Positions 41,021 to 54,950 of a stretch of DNA of 64,000 nt are shown here, piece by piece. The position numbers were made by a program, and so were the translations under genes. Source of the DNA: Octopus sinensis (taxonomy: Eukaryota); assembly GCF_006345805.1 (NCBI RefSeq), contig NC_042999.1:105648001-105712000 (forward strand), in the 5' to 3' direction. A model generated the notes under the pieces. The model was given only the letters and a program-made list of their open reading frames with translations, made no database searches and was not told where the DNA came from. How positions within the stretch are numbered: position 1 is the first letter of the stretch; the number at the start of each line of letters is the position of its first letter.

Positions 41021-41908
41021 AACACGCATAACTTCATACATAAGTTTTAGCCTCTCCCAGTAGTTTATCTGTGGCACAGAGTTAATGCGTTTTGCGTAAT
41101 GACATGAGATAACACGAATTTGACCCTTGGCGCACTGTGGTGTCAAGTAATATTTTCAGTCTAGGATCTGCGCAATAGAAGTTTTATGTTACATTTTTTT
41201 CTGTTTCTGAATGAACGCGAAGTACAAGAAGCCATTTGTGAGCAAATTGTGTTGTCATATTAGTAATATGCATCGTTACTCGTGTGGATTCCCAGGTGAC
41301 ACCGACTATGACACTTGTATTGACCTCTGTATTCCGAATGTAATCAATTTGTGCATCTAATAGAAGAGTACACGCACATACGTATGTATGTGCGTGTATG
41401 TGTGTGTATTTGTGCGTATGTGTGTATGTATGTATATGTGCATGTATACGTGTTTGTGTGTGTGAGCATGTGTGTGTGTGGGCGGGTGTATGTGTGTGAG
41501 CGTGTATGTGATACGTGCTTTCTGGCGTTTGGTTCGGTCTGGATTATCACCAAAATCTGGAGCACCAATCATTTACCAATTTGTTGTGCAATGAGTTCTG
41601 ACCGGAAGCCATACCCTTGTAAAGAGAATTACGTATACATACCTACATATAAACGAGTAATTGTATGGCGAGTACATATGTTTATACACACAGAGGCACA
41701 CACACGAAACAGTTTGATTACAATTCATTGGTAATCTGAGTTTTAAGCTTGATGCTAATCATCAGCTATTTAAAATTGAAATTGTATGAAGATTAACATC
41801 ACGTTTGAAACACAGAGTACCAACGAATTTTAATCAAACTGTTGTGATCCACACGTGTAACTCTCAATAAATGTGTTGAGTGCCCTTCTTCAGTTTGTCC
41901 ACTCCCTC

Positions 41909-41939
<31 letters not shown>

Positions 41940-43372
41940 GTAGTAGTAGTAGTAATAATAATAGTAGTAGTAGTAGTAGTAGTAGTAGTAGCAGTAGTAG
42001 TAGTAGTAATAATGATGATGATGATGATGGTGATAAAAAGTGACAGCAAAAGAACGTGACTTCGGTAATAGGTAAATAGCGGATTATTTATATATGTATA
42101 GTTTAGGACAATAAGTAAATTGTCATAATAGTACTCTTTCTGGCTACGTTTGTGTTGGTGGAAAATGCATTTTGCTATTGAATTTTGTTTTCTTTTTAGA
42201 TGTGTGAATATTTTGCAGGCATTTTGAGTTGAGTACATCTTTTGCACATATTTAGATAATGAATATCTTTCAGCGTTCCATATATTCGAATACTATTATG
42301 AAATGCACATTAAAACAGAGGAACAGGAGTTAAATGATCAGAAATTGGGAAACACATAAAGTGACGAAAAGTGTATTAAAAGTTATAGAAAAGAAGACCG
42401 TCAATAAAAGAAATAGGAAGCAGGTCAGACGTTTGGGTGTTTGAGAAATATATCATTTACCACAGAAAACGTAATAGATGCTAGTGAAGTGATACATGTT
42501 TGTAATTGACCTTGTTATTGAATATTTCTATTTCATTATAAGTATCCGTAAATGTAGATCGGGAAAGTTACGAAATGCATTAGCAAGAATTAAATGAATT
42601 CAAAAGTGCTTTTCTGATATTGGAGAAAACCATATGGATGGATAGAATACATTAGAAAATTTGTAATATTGCCTATCGGATATGCCATAAGCATTTTAAG
42701 TGGGACACGGAATTGCATTAGAGCAATTTTCAAAGTTTTATAATAGGTAATGATCAGCTGCCATATGTAATATTTTTGTGATATCTTATGCACGTAAGAC
42801 AGAGAGTTTCAGATAAGTTTGTTAGCGTATATGCTGTGACAGACATGTTGTAATGCAGCAGGGGTTAGTAGAAAGATATAACAAATAAAATTATTGAAAA
42901 TTACAACATATTAATAACAGATGTACGTTACAAATATAAGAGTTTAGAAGTATTTAGATGAATATAAGCGACTAACGTATGTGAACTTTTGGCAGCCAAT
43001 ATATTATATCCTATTCTTCCTTTAATACGGTAGTCTGAAATGTTTTGTATGCTGTAATAATATTCCATGCGTAATCGAATATATAAGCAGTAAACATTAA
43101 ATCAGCGAGTGTGTAAGTGTACACATGTGTATATGTGCTTTATAATTTAGGCTCAATAACAGCAATTCCGAGTGAGAGAATGTTGTACTTTTAGTTTTAC
43201 GATTTTCTTTCCTGGTTGTCATTGGAATTTTCTCTCAAATACGAGGTTATCATATGTTCATTAATATTGACATATCTCAAAATTTTAAAAGTAACTTTAC
43301 ATATTTTAAAAATACATATTTCAATGAAAGATCATTTCCACTGGCACGTATGCGCGTATATTAACACACACA

Positions 43373-43423
<51 letters not shown>

Positions 43424-43424
43424 T

Positions 43425-43623
43425 GTAGGTCCCGGGTTGATCCGGGGTTAACCACAGTAAGTAAGGTACTCAATACATAGCAGAGTAAAATTAATTTATT
43501 ATATAGAAGGAGCTTCTACAGGACTAGTACTGTTTCATTCAAGAGAAATCTTCAGGAAGCTTCCTGAAGATTTCTCTTGAATGAAACAGTACTAGTCCTG
43601 TAGAAGCTCCTTCTATATAATAA
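43425..43623 (-). mobile_element. Fold-back element, family B copy 2, with complete predicted hammerhead
   Basis: Perfect loop-less 128-bp palindrome 43496-43623 centred on AAGCTT; (TA)n on both flanks. Confidence 0.9.
43558..43608 (+). ncRNA. Predicted type-I hammerhead ribozyme (mirror copy 43511-43561 on minus)
   Basis: Stem I AGCUUC/GAAGCU; CUGAAGA; stem II UUC/GAA closed by U.U; GAAA; helix III ACAG/CUGU with ACUAGU in the loop; GUA site. Confidence 0.65.
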
Positions 43624-43642
43624 TATATATATATATATATAT

Positions 43643-44930
43643 AGTAGCGATCAAAATAAGAGAACGATTAATATTTGTTTTTAAATGTCAGAAAAGCTAG
43701 GGAACGTACAAATTCATAATTGGTTTCGTAAACACGGTTATCCATTACCTAAATCTCTGCTAAGTCTAAGTATGTACAATGGTCTTGAGATAAAAGTTAA
43801 CAACTCTAACACTAATTTCGTCCAAAGGTCTTATGTGCAAAATGCGAGAACGATTAGACCAACAAATGCTACAATTAACTCAAAACCATAATAATGATTG
43901 ATAGAAATGTAAATATGAACTTAATACAGCTAGTATGATATTTGTAGCCCGTTGTTGGAGATCAACTCTGCACATCGATTGCTACAGTACATAACAAATT
44001 TCCTGCAGAAGACAGGTGTTACTTTCTTCCATTCCTCTTCTAAAATCTCCCATAAATTCGTCGTAGTAGTTTGTGTCACTATGTCTCCAATTATTTTCCA
44101 AAGGTTTTCAGTTGGGTTTCCGTCTGGAATTTGTGCTGGCCTCTTCATTTCTTGGATAATGTTTTCACTAAAAAATCCAGCGACACTCTTTGCAATATGA
44201 CAAGGGGCATTATCTTGCATGAAATGCGCGGTTGATACGGAAATGCACGTAATGATGGGTTCACATGCTCTTTAATCAAATTTAAATATATATTGGAACT
44301 AACATTCCCTTTAATCTGCACTAGAAGGCAAACTCATTTAGAAGAAATCATTCTCCACAGCACCCTTCCCCAAACTTGGCAAATTTCTTCAAGTATTTGG
44401 ATTTTAGACGATCTCCTCTGAAACGCCTATCACATTCTCTACCATCTTAAACAACTAAATTGAATTTGAACTTTTGACCAATTTTCATCCATCCAATCCT
44501 CGTGAGTTTCTGCAAAAGAAAATTTTTCCAATTTGTTCTTCTTGCTCATGGTAGGTTTCGTTACCAGGGAACAAATCTTTAATCCAAATCCCATCAGGCG
44601 ACGAGAATGCTAAAGCGGCTCACTTCCGTACCATTCTCTAGTTTTATTTTCTTAGAACTTCCAACCACAGTCTCGAAAGGATCGCTCAATACATACCGTT
44701 TCATGGCACGATCATCTCACGAGGTGGTTTTGCGTGTTTTACCAGCTGCCATTTTTCGTTCAAAAACATCAGTTTCTTCATAGAGCTCAAGAACACATGA
44801 AACTACATTCTTTGATCTCCTTACGTCTCGTGAAATATCCGAGAGAGTCATTCCTGAAACTTTCATCCGGATAATTTCTTTTCGGAGGCTGGGAGTAGCT
44901 TTAACGTGGTGTAACACGTTCAGAAGATAG
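43643..44930 (-). mobile_element. Decayed Tc1-like (DD34E) transposon
   Basis: QDNAPCH...PAQIPDGNPTENLW (43930-44220); N-terminal HTH EIIRMKVSGMTLSDISRDVRRSK; TIR-like tagtagcgatcaaaataagagaac at 43643. Confidence 0.85.
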
Positions 44931-46353
44931 CACAATACTGAGACGGTAGTAACATAGGTTATAAGAACAGACAAGCACACATACACAAATGGAGACTGAA
45001 ACACATGACCATATATACACACACTTTACTCCACACAAGGACACATATGGAGACACGGATCCACACGTCCAGAGATGCACATCCATACATACAAACATGG
45101 TACATAGTTGCATAACACACACAGACATACACACACAAAGTGACAGAGTTACATACATATACAAACACACGCTCACACATACATAACATAGAAAATACAC
45201 AAACACGGACATGCAAGCACATGAATATCCAGGATACATACATGCAGATGCACACATACATACATATTTATATTAATTTTTGGTATACTCATTAGCATTT
45301 CGCTAAATCAATCTCAAATTGTTAGGGCTAAGACATATACTGACAGCCGAATGTACCCAAAGTCTCGACCGTTTGAGAAGTCACCTCTTATTAGCCTACA
45401 ACTAACAGGCGAGACTAGTCTAGTCTGGTGATCCTAGAGACGGCCATGGTGCAGTTACCTCTTCTCTCACTGTAAAAATATACGCATAAGTACAAACGTA
45501 AAGAAAGTATATTTCCAAGTGTATCTTGTAATATATATGATGTATAATGCTCTACTATTACTGTACCACGAGATATAATCTGACATGCGCATAATTTGAG
45601 TAAAATGGTTCTACAATAGGTGACAATAAAACTTTGAGACTAATGGATACTAGATATTGTATTGTATTTTACATTAATTTGGTGAGCGTATGTAGCATGA
45701 AATGTAAGATGGCCAGCTTTAGCGTAAAAACCCGGAAAAACATTGCTAATCGACATGCAGCTTGATTTTATAGACACGATGTTCAACTGTTCCGTATACC
45801 ATGAAAAGCCACCATATTACGTTAAATATATCTGTTAGTTTTTCAGCAAATATCTAATAGGGATATTTAATGAATACTTTCTGAAAACAGCCATTAACAA
45901 AGATCAAAGAATTGTTCATACTTTCGAATTTAAAGTGGATATGCCTCTAGGTTAAAACCACAGCAAATATGCTATGAAGGAGATATATCATAAGAAGACA
46001 TTATAAAGAAAACTGCTGATGGTATATAAGTTGGCATATCAGTTGGATTTACTATTTAGAAGAGCCCTATCAAATTTAGAAATGGCACTCTTAAAAACTG
46101 CGAAAGTTGTTTAAATGGAACACGTCAAATATAACGACATTTATACCCTAGTCCTATTGACACTTGTAAGGAAAATTGGTAAGGTTAACTATATCTAACT
46201 TCTGAGAATTGCTTGTCAGGTCTCATGCAACAAATTAGCACCCGCAAGTGCGCGCGCGCACACACACACACACATATATAGACAGAAGCATGCATTATTA
46301 TTATTGTTGTTCTTGTTCATGTTATTGTTTTATTACTATTATTATTATTATTA

Positions 46354-46396
<43 letters not shown>

Positions 46397-46424
46397 GTTG
46401 TTGTTGTTGTTATTGTTATTATTG

Positions 46425-46825
46425 AGTGAGAGAGCAGTGCATGCCATGAAAGTGACACTGAGGTAAAATATACAAAGCCCAGTATGCCCATCATGACTAC
46501 CCGTCTGATAAGGTTACACTAGGCACATGTATCACAGCTATATGTGCGCGACATGGTGTTCTCATATCAAAATAAACAGTATATGACCCTGCATATGGAG
46601 TCCCTGACCGAGGAACCCATCCCGCTCAAAAGGTCCCTGAATAAGGGTTGTTTAAGGATGTTGAATCCTTCTCAACACATGGCTATGATGCTCCCCACTA
46701 CTTCTGCTCGTGATCAGAGCTGCACATATCGTCAGCCACTAAGGGGCATGCTCAACTGTTTAAGGTCAAACAACTGAGAACCAAATCTGTGGAACTGAGC
46801 AGAATATTTGCTGTAGCCCATCTTC
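46425..46825. mobile_element. Unclassified ~400-bp interspersed repeat between (TAT)n tracts
   Basis: Higher-complexity block bounded by trinucleotide arrays; no coding signal. Confidence 0.4.
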
Positions 46826-46827
46826 TA

Positions 46828-46890
<63 letters not shown>

Positions 46891-46922
46891 CATTATCATT
46901 CTTCTTCTTCTTCTTCTTCTTC

Positions 46923-46956
<34 letters not shown>

Positions 46957-46959
46957 CAT

Positions 46960-46999
<40 letters not shown>

Positions 47000-47000
<1 letters not shown>

Positions 47001-47790
47001 TTTCTTGTCTTTGCACAGCTTCTAATGACGAAGATGTATTATGGTGCCAGCTACTCACGACCTCTGAACTAAGGTAACATTCATCATTTTTCGAGCACCA
47101 TCCAGAGTATTTGACCGGTTCCCAATAGTGCTGTTTTCTGCAAGTGCTGCACCTTTGTTGCAGCCATTGTTTATTTCATCTACAACTCAATATTTGTACT
47201 CACCGTTCACAGGGCTTCGACAATTATAGCTATAGCTACCACCTTTTACATCGACTACAACTGCTTAACTTCCCAAGCTAACCTGTCATATCTATCCGCT
47301 TTTCTTTCTTCCTTATCGCACACTTTGTTGCCTGCTGGGCATGCTATGTGTATAAACCAGGATCGTTTGCTTTCTTTATCAATGAACACTTTGTCTGATT
47401 TCCTATTTTATATCCCATGGTTACGCTGAATCATAAAATCCCATAAGATCTCTGCATTGTCATTTTCGATGATACCTTCTGGTTTATGTTCGTACCACTA
47501 TTTTTGATCTGTCAACTCAATACATGTAGCAAAGTGTCTAATGGACAATCCTTGCTATAATGTCATTCCGTCTCTTATATTCTCTCTGGGCTAGTAGTGT
47601 GCATTTACTGGTAATATTCCTTGCGGTTTCACCATTTAGTCCACAAATTCTGCACTTATAACTTTCTGATGTGTTGTCTACTTTGTATTTGATGTAACTG
47701 GTTGTTACTGTTTGTTCTTGAGCATCAGGTATTAGAGCCTCCGTTTCCGGCTTTAAATCACTTTACAATTCGTATGTCACTTTGCTATTC
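47000..47790 (-). mobile_element. R4/Dong-like 3' fragment
   Basis: DLKPETEALIPDAQEQTVTTSYIKYKVDNTSESYKCRICGLNGET..C..LAQREYKRRND; 3' end abuts (TAC)n/(TAA)n. Confidence 0.85.
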
Positions 47791-47919
47791 GTATGGAATG
47801 TGGAGTCGTCGCTGAAAACAAGACGATTTTAAAAGTCGACGATTTTCAAACTCCTAATCTTCAAGTCTAATCTGTGTTCTCTCATCAGGATAATACTCGG
47901 CAACATACAGCGAGGATGA

Positions 47920-48245
47920 CATTCCAAATACTGGGGCAATTTAAATGGGAAACGATGCCCCACCACCACTATATTTGCCGGACATTGCCTTATTTTATTA
48001 TCATTTATTCCACAGTCTTTAAAATCATTTGGACGGAAAGAATATGAATTCTGTGGACCAGATCAAAACAGTACTGGAGGAGTATTTTCCGCCGTGGACA
48101 AGTGAAGTTTAGAGGACGGGTCTTGCAAGCCTACCGCATAGATGGAAGAGTATTGTAGAAAATGAAGGAAAGTATATTTTAGATTAAAAATTTTGAAAAG
48201 TAAAAATTATTTTTAAAAATGCATTATTTAAGGGATGACTGATTA
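47920..48245 (+). mobile_element. Mariner transposase 3' remnant
   Basis: YLPDIA..YHLFHSL*NHLDGK..LPHRWKSIVENEGKYILD. Confidence 0.8.
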
Positions 48246-49539
48246 ACTTATGCTGTTAAAGTTGATTTAAAATAAATAAACACAAAGTGATTACCTTATT
48301 TCTTCTTTGGCTTCATACGATATATTTTTGGTTCATCGAATTAATTTAAATAAATGGAATAGCGCAGGTATACCTGATGTTTTGTTAGAAAAATATCGTA
48401 AGCATTTACTGAATTATTTGCATTTAATTGAAATGAAAACATAGAATTATATGTTTTGTTCTAAGCGAATTTAACAGGAGACCGTTTCATTTAATTTTAG
48501 CAAATGTATTCATCTATCTTCATTCATGCCATTTAACACACGATTTCAAATGTTAAATGTGTAATTGTAGATACTGCGATGTTTATGTGTTTTATGATAA
48601 CAGTTGGGCATTATAAAAGTAAGCTGGCATCGTGTGCAAACACTGAAAAAAACATTGTATTTTCTTTTATTTCAAATAATTTATTTTTCCGTTGTTTTCA
48701 CAACCTGCTTAACATGGACAGAATACATGTATGATTTCTTGTCCCAAAATAATTTACTATTCTGGTAAATTCTTTTCTGACACCTGCTTTCTGCTCTGCT
48801 TCATGCACTTAGAATAATATTGCATGGTTTCGTTTAGTCATGCAGAAGGAACTTTATGTTCATTTCAGATAGATTTTCTTCATAGTTTAGAATCTATTCT
48901 GTTGTAGTATTAATGAACCATATGCTAGACTAAGTATTTATCTGTTATGTGAATCATGAAACTTTCTCAAGATCTGTGATGTTATGAAATACAGTATATC
49001 TACACAATTCCGCCAATAAAGTATCATTTAAGTATTATTTGAAGACATTCAAATGAAACAGGGTATTCCAAATATTGTCAGAAAAACCGAATCTGTTTAA
49101 TAAAAGTGCTAAAATTGATATCCATTTTTAGAAGAAATTTTCAATATCTCATCTGAAAAGATACGACACGTTATGTAAGGTTTTTGTACACAGATATTAG
49201 TAATAAACAGGGTTTCAATATTTTAAGTGAGTGACTATATCGACATCATACAGATACATGCAAAAATACTGCAGGCAAGGTATATCTGGAAATTGTAATA
49301 CGGTGTTTATAACAAGGAAAAGGAAGTTAAGCACGAACACGCTTATAATTTGTTTTAAGACGGAACAAATGAAAATTCTGGCATTCAGCATGTAAGCATG
49401 AAGATCAGAAAAAGATGACATGGAAGAGCTCGAGCAGTCCTGAAATCTGAACTAATAACTTGAATCGTCAGATTACCTAATTTGCATTTCCTCATTTATA
49501 GTTAATTGAAGTAGCAGCTTGTTACTAATGTCTGCTTTA

Positions 49540-49755
49540 AAGCAGAGATCTGGCAGAACAGTTAGTACGCCAGATGAAAAGCTTGGTGACATTTCATCCG
49601 TCTTCAGGTTCTAAATTCAAATTCCATAGAGTTGGACTTCCTCTTTAAACCTGTCGTTGGTCGAACAAATGAGTACTACTTGAGTTCTGAAGTCCATATA
49701 ATAAACTAATCCCTCACCACCGCAACTAGTGGTCTTGTGACAAAATTTGAAGTCA
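49540..49755 (+). mobile_element. Decayed SINE
   Basis: tggcagaacagttagtacgcc..ttctaaattcaaattcc. Confidence 0.6.
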
Positions 49756-50014
49756 AAGTTTGCTTTCAGAATTCAAATTTAGATTTATCTTCTCTTCCAT
49801 CCTCAGAAACTCATATATGTGCGCACACAGACAGACACAGACAGAGACACACACACACAAACACACACACACACACACATACACACACACGCACACGCAC
49901 ACACGCACACGCACAGAATCATGCACGTGCATCTTTTGATTGTTTCATCGATGCAGTCTGGACATATCCGTCAAAGTCGAATTTGCCTTTTATCCTTCCG
50001 GCGTTTCTGTCAAA

Positions 50015-50315
50015 CTAATAGACCTCGGTATTTTTAAAGGCAGTTATTTATTCTATCGGTCTCATGCCGAATACTTAAGTTACGTAGCTAACTAAACCAA
50101 TATTATTTGCCTATTTGTGTGCGCGTCGTGTTGTTGGGGTGATATTTCCAAACATAAAGACAAATAGATACATACGCATAAATACAGCAGGCATTTTTTC
50201 AGTTTGCCTCTACGAAATCCGCTCACAAATCTTTGGTCAGCTCGGGGCTAAATAGGAAGACTCTCATGTAACGTGCCTCGCAGAATCATGAGGCTGGGAA
50301 GCAGAGATGTCACCG
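50015..50315 (-). mobile_element. Decayed SINE of the 168/590 family
   Basis: ttattctatcggtctc.tgccgaa..cagtttgcctctac.aaatcc.ctcacaa..tttggtc. Confidence 0.6.
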
Positions 50316-50654
50316 CTGACATATTCGTGGTTATCTACACTCAGTCACAACAATACGTATGAGTATATATACGCACATACACACAGACATGTACATATAT
50401 ATATATATGTAAACTTAATAGCACCACCTGGTAGGATTATTCGAATCCTGTGTAAGTCAAGTTTTTTTTATGGTCCATTCAAGTAGTGAGTTCTTGTTGG
50501 GTGAGTTGTATCCAATTATGGGTGGCTTATCTGGTATTCTTTGAAGGAATCTATCCAGACTCCGTTTAAAGTTGATGGGATACTTCTCCTCTTTGATCTC
50601 TTTCGGGACAATGTTAAATAGGGCAAGCCTGTTGAGGAAAAGAAATTATATATA

Positions 50655-50732
<78 letters not shown>

Positions 50733-50868
50733 ATATATGCATATATATTTATTTTAATTTTATTTTATCTAGTTTCAGCTGACGAGCTGTGGCCATGTTG
50801 GGGCACCGCCATTTGGTGCATGAGAGAGTTCGATGCAACTGCCCTCATATATATATATATATATATAT

Positions 50869-51111
50869 TAAATTATATTAAATTAGAGATAAAACCACTA
50901 TTAGGCAAATCAAACAATGAAAAACTTAAGCCAATACATAAAATTAATTAATTTATATTATTTTAAATATATATCAAAAGTATTAAAAGTTTAATAAAAG
51001 ATAATGAGTAAAACACTACGATCGTTTCATGGCTGTCCAATTTTAATAATTCGAGTTATGGTTACAGTCAATCATCAGGCAATTGAAATATTTATCTTAG
51101 CGAGGTTAGCA
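50869..51111 (-). mobile_element. Family E module with hammerhead core (51012-51083) in (TA)n
   Basis: Minus: CUGAUGA...acagccau-GAAAC-GAUC-GUA; tail identical in type to 13825-13905. Confidence 0.7.
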
Positions 51112-51122
51112 ATATATATATA

Positions 51123-51196
<74 letters not shown>

Positions 51197-51565
51197 ATTG
51201 TAAATAAGGAGGATAATATACTATGATACAACTAATCTTACCTTTGGATATTCTTATTTAGCAGTTAATAAAGTTACATGAATCATATATCTTAGTATAC
51301 TATATAATAAATAATAAAATTCTTTCATGCCTCTATTAATAACTAAACATTTAAAAATTAATGCAAACATGAATTCTGTTTTTAAATTGACGAGGAACTT
51401 TAATATCTGAATTAATAAAAAAAAGTGTATGTATATTAAATTAGACATGTAAGTAATTTATCACTTATCAAGTATAAAAAATTATTTATACATGTTTATT
51501 AGGATGCGAAACCATTGTTCTTAAAGAAGAATATCCAATGCTGAAATACATTTTTATCACAATAT

Positions 51566-51865
51566 ATGAGGGTGTACCAAAAAGGAACCAGAAACGCTCT
51601 CTGTGGGAGAAGCCCGTTGTACTGCGGAATTTCGTCATTAAAAGCCACTTGCTGCTAACCTCAGGCGCCAGTCTGCGGACCGGCGACTTTCATTGCCTTC
51701 GTACTACCACGTGAACTGATTTTGGAATACCATCACCGAACAATTGATGAACTTATTGATATGAATAATGTGTCGAGGAGCTCCTGGGAAAGAACTTGAG
51801 CAAGGAATTGCGAATGAAAAGCGTTGCAGCAAAATTTGTGCCTTGTTTGCTCACGGAAGATGTAC
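51566..51865 (+). mobile_element. Mariner left end plus transposase remnant
   Basis: ta-tgagggtgtaccaaaa TIR-like start; LSKELRMKSVAAKFVPCLLTED (WVPxxL-type motif). Confidence 0.7.
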
Positions 51866-53129
51866 AAAATTACATATTTGATAGAGTTATCCTTTACCTG
51901 ATTAGTTCACCAGAAGGAATACTGATTTTGATTGCTAAATTTATCCACAACCACACCTGATAAATTGTATGCCAGTCGCTTTAAATGTGAAACATTATTT
52001 TGATAAATGATTTTAATATGTATAATGTCTCCTACTTGCTTTTGTACTAACATATTTAAAACCAATTAAATCATTGCGTACATTTATATATGTTAATAAC
52101 TCTACAGGTGCTTCAGGTAATGGAGATCTTGTTTATACGACTATATGTAAAAGTTTTATATATTCACATGTGAATTTTATATGGAGTTATTATAAATGGA
52201 ATAACAGTAGCCATAAAAAGGTAAAAATATATTAGATTATAATTGTTTACTTATATACACACTCCAACGAAAGAAAAAAACGGTTTCTGCAGGGTAGGAG
52301 CTGCAAAAATTAAATAATTAATAATTAATATGTAATCTACACACAGATGGCATGTATAAAACTATAAATCAATCGTTAGGGCATACAAAAAAACGTTTAG
52401 TGGTGTCGAAGTGTGATAGTGGTATACATAGATTTCATTTATATTTGGTCTAGAAAAAGAAAACCGTGGTAGCTTCTTCCGATGTAATACTAAGATACTG
52501 TGGAACAAATCAAATATATTTGTTTATGCTTGTCTTAACTGAAACGGCAACAATGTTGGTGTTGATTTCTTTCCTTTGTTTGCATATTGTGTTTTATTCC
52601 AAAACCTGTGGTCAGTCTATATACTTCGCTTACATGTTAGTCAGACTCATCTTTGATTTTATTTTCTACAAATACGTTTTTCATTTCTTACTAAATTCAT
52701 TTGTGTTCATGTTTAGTGTAATTCTGTTATCTGTGTTTCTTGATTCCACACAATATTTCCATTATTTATATATCTATTGCTCTCTTACATTATAGTATTT
52801 TTGTTGTTTGAAAATCCAATGCGCTTAAACAATAAATAACAATTCAAAAGAGCAATTCCTTTGGTATTCCGCTAATATTTGTGTATCAAACGATGTATTC
52901 ATTGTGTATGCGCCATGTACAAAATATTGACAGCTCATTTCTGGAAACTACTCAAATTACTGGGATAAAGTATAACGTCAAAAGCTTCTTGCATTTCGTT
53001 GTGATTTTTAGGCTTAAATGACATAAATATCGTTAAATGTCTTCAAAAAGTTATACAAAGGAATACAATATTACTACAGATTCAGTTCGTTTGCTTTCTT
53101 GAATTTAGCATTGCTCATAAATAGAACTG

Positions 53130-53215
<86 letters not shown>

Positions 53216-53227
53216 ATATATATATAA

Positions 53228-53730
53228 CTCTAGTTGTGTGAGTGTCTGTCTCCTGCGATTTAGATTCCTAACTCCTCCCACATTTTGAGGTGCAGTTTAA
53301 CCAAATTCGGGTATCTTATAGTCGTGATTAATATCGAGCCCGTCTGGCTATTAGCGCGCGTCTACGATGAGTCTACGATTTTAAAAATAATTTAACATCA
53401 TTTTTTATTCCATTTTAATGCATAATTTTTCGTGTGTCGATGGCGGCGGAGTTGGCATCCACGCTCAAACACCTGCACCTGTGTTTGCTTCTCCCCCTTC
53501 TTCCCTCCCTCGTGAAGCTGTGGGGAAGGGAGTTTAAGGAAATCAACGTCGTAATGCGTTGTCAAGGAGACCAGCGTTCTTTTAGAACAACGACTTCATG
53601 GCTTGAAGACACCAAAACAGAAATGGCTAAGAAAGCCCGAATTGGCATCTATAAAGGAAGTAACTCTCTAAAACTGCTTATATAGTTATTTCTCTTACAA
53701 ATCCGAGCAACGCCGGGCGATACTGCTAGT
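53228..53730 (-). mobile_element. Non-autonomous Helitron/Helentron-like element, copy 1
   Basis: ~500 bp; termini actagcagtatcgcccggcgttgctcgg and cactcacacaacta; TA flanks. Confidence 0.6.
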
Positions 53731-53742
53731 ATATATATAATA

Positions 53743-54216
53743 CTGTAGTTGTGTGAGTGTCTGTCCCCTTCGATTTAGATTCCTAACTACTCCCACATTT
53801 TGCGGTGCAGTTTAACCAAATTCGGGTATCTTATAGTCGTGATTCATATCGAGCCCGTCTGAGTATTAGCGCGCGTCTACGATGAGTCTACGATTTTAAA
53901 AATAATTTAACATAATTTTTCGTGTGTCGATGGCGGCGGAGTTGGCGTCCATGGTCACACCTGCACCTGTTTGCTTCTCCCCCTTCTTCCCTCCCTCGTG
54001 AAGCTGTGGGGAAGGGAGTGTAAGGAAATCAACGTCGTAAAGCGTTGTCAAGGAGACCAGCGTTCTTTTAGAACAACGACTTCATGGCTTGAAGACACCA
54101 AAACAGAAATGGCTAAGAAAGCCCGAATTGGCATCTATAAGGGAAGTAACTCTCTAAAAATGCTTATATAGTTATTTCCCTTACAAACCCGAGCAACGCC
54201 GGGCGATACCGCTAGT
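53743..54216 (-). mobile_element. Same element, copy 2 (tandem, ~25-bp deletion)
   Basis: Direct repeat of copy 1, separated by a short TA run. Confidence 0.6.
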
Positions 54217-54447
54217 ATATATATATATACCATCAAATAATGTATATATATGCTGTAATATTTTGTGACAACCAGTACCTAACACAACCAAGCTTTTACA
54301 TGTTACTTTTGACAATCTTTTTCTAAAAAAGTGGAACCGGTAAAGTAAATAAACGTCTTCTAAAATTGCATTTTGAAACCTTCTTTCATATTTAATTCCA
54401 CTCGTGCGGTAACTTACAACTCCACTTTGTTATATATATATATATAT

Positions 54448-54950
54448 ACTAGCAGTATCGCCCGGCGTTGCTCGGGTTTGTAAGGGAAATAACTATATAA
54501 GCATTTTTAGAGAGTTACTTCCTTTATAGATGCCAATTCGGGCTTTCTTAGCCATTTCTGTTTTGGTGTCTTCAAGCCATGAAGTCGTTGTTCTAAAAGA
54601 ACGCTGGTCTCCTTGACAACGCATTACGACGTTGATTTCCTTAAACTCCCTTCCCCACAGCTTCACGTGGGAGGGAAGAAGGGGGAGAAGCAAACACAGG
54701 TGCAGGTGTTTGAGCGTGGACGCCAACACCGCCGCCATCGACACACGAAAAATTATGCATTAAAATGGAATAAAAAATGATGTTAAATTATTTTTAAAAT
54801 CGTAGACTCATCGTAGACGCGCGCTAATAGACAGACGGGCTCGATATTAATCATGACTATAAGATACCCGAATTTGGTTAAACTGCACCGCAAAATGTGG
54901 GAGGAGTTAGGAATCTAAATCGTAGGAGACAGACACTCACACAACTACAG
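54448..54950 (+). mobile_element. Same element, copy 3 (inverted)
   Basis: Reverse complement of copies 1 and 2. Confidence 0.6.

Noticed and set aside
53434-53685. Repeated 83-aa ORF (also 53971-54171, 54493-54744)
   Set aside because: It recurs only because it lies in a repeated element; the start is disrupted in copy 2 and no known domain is present.
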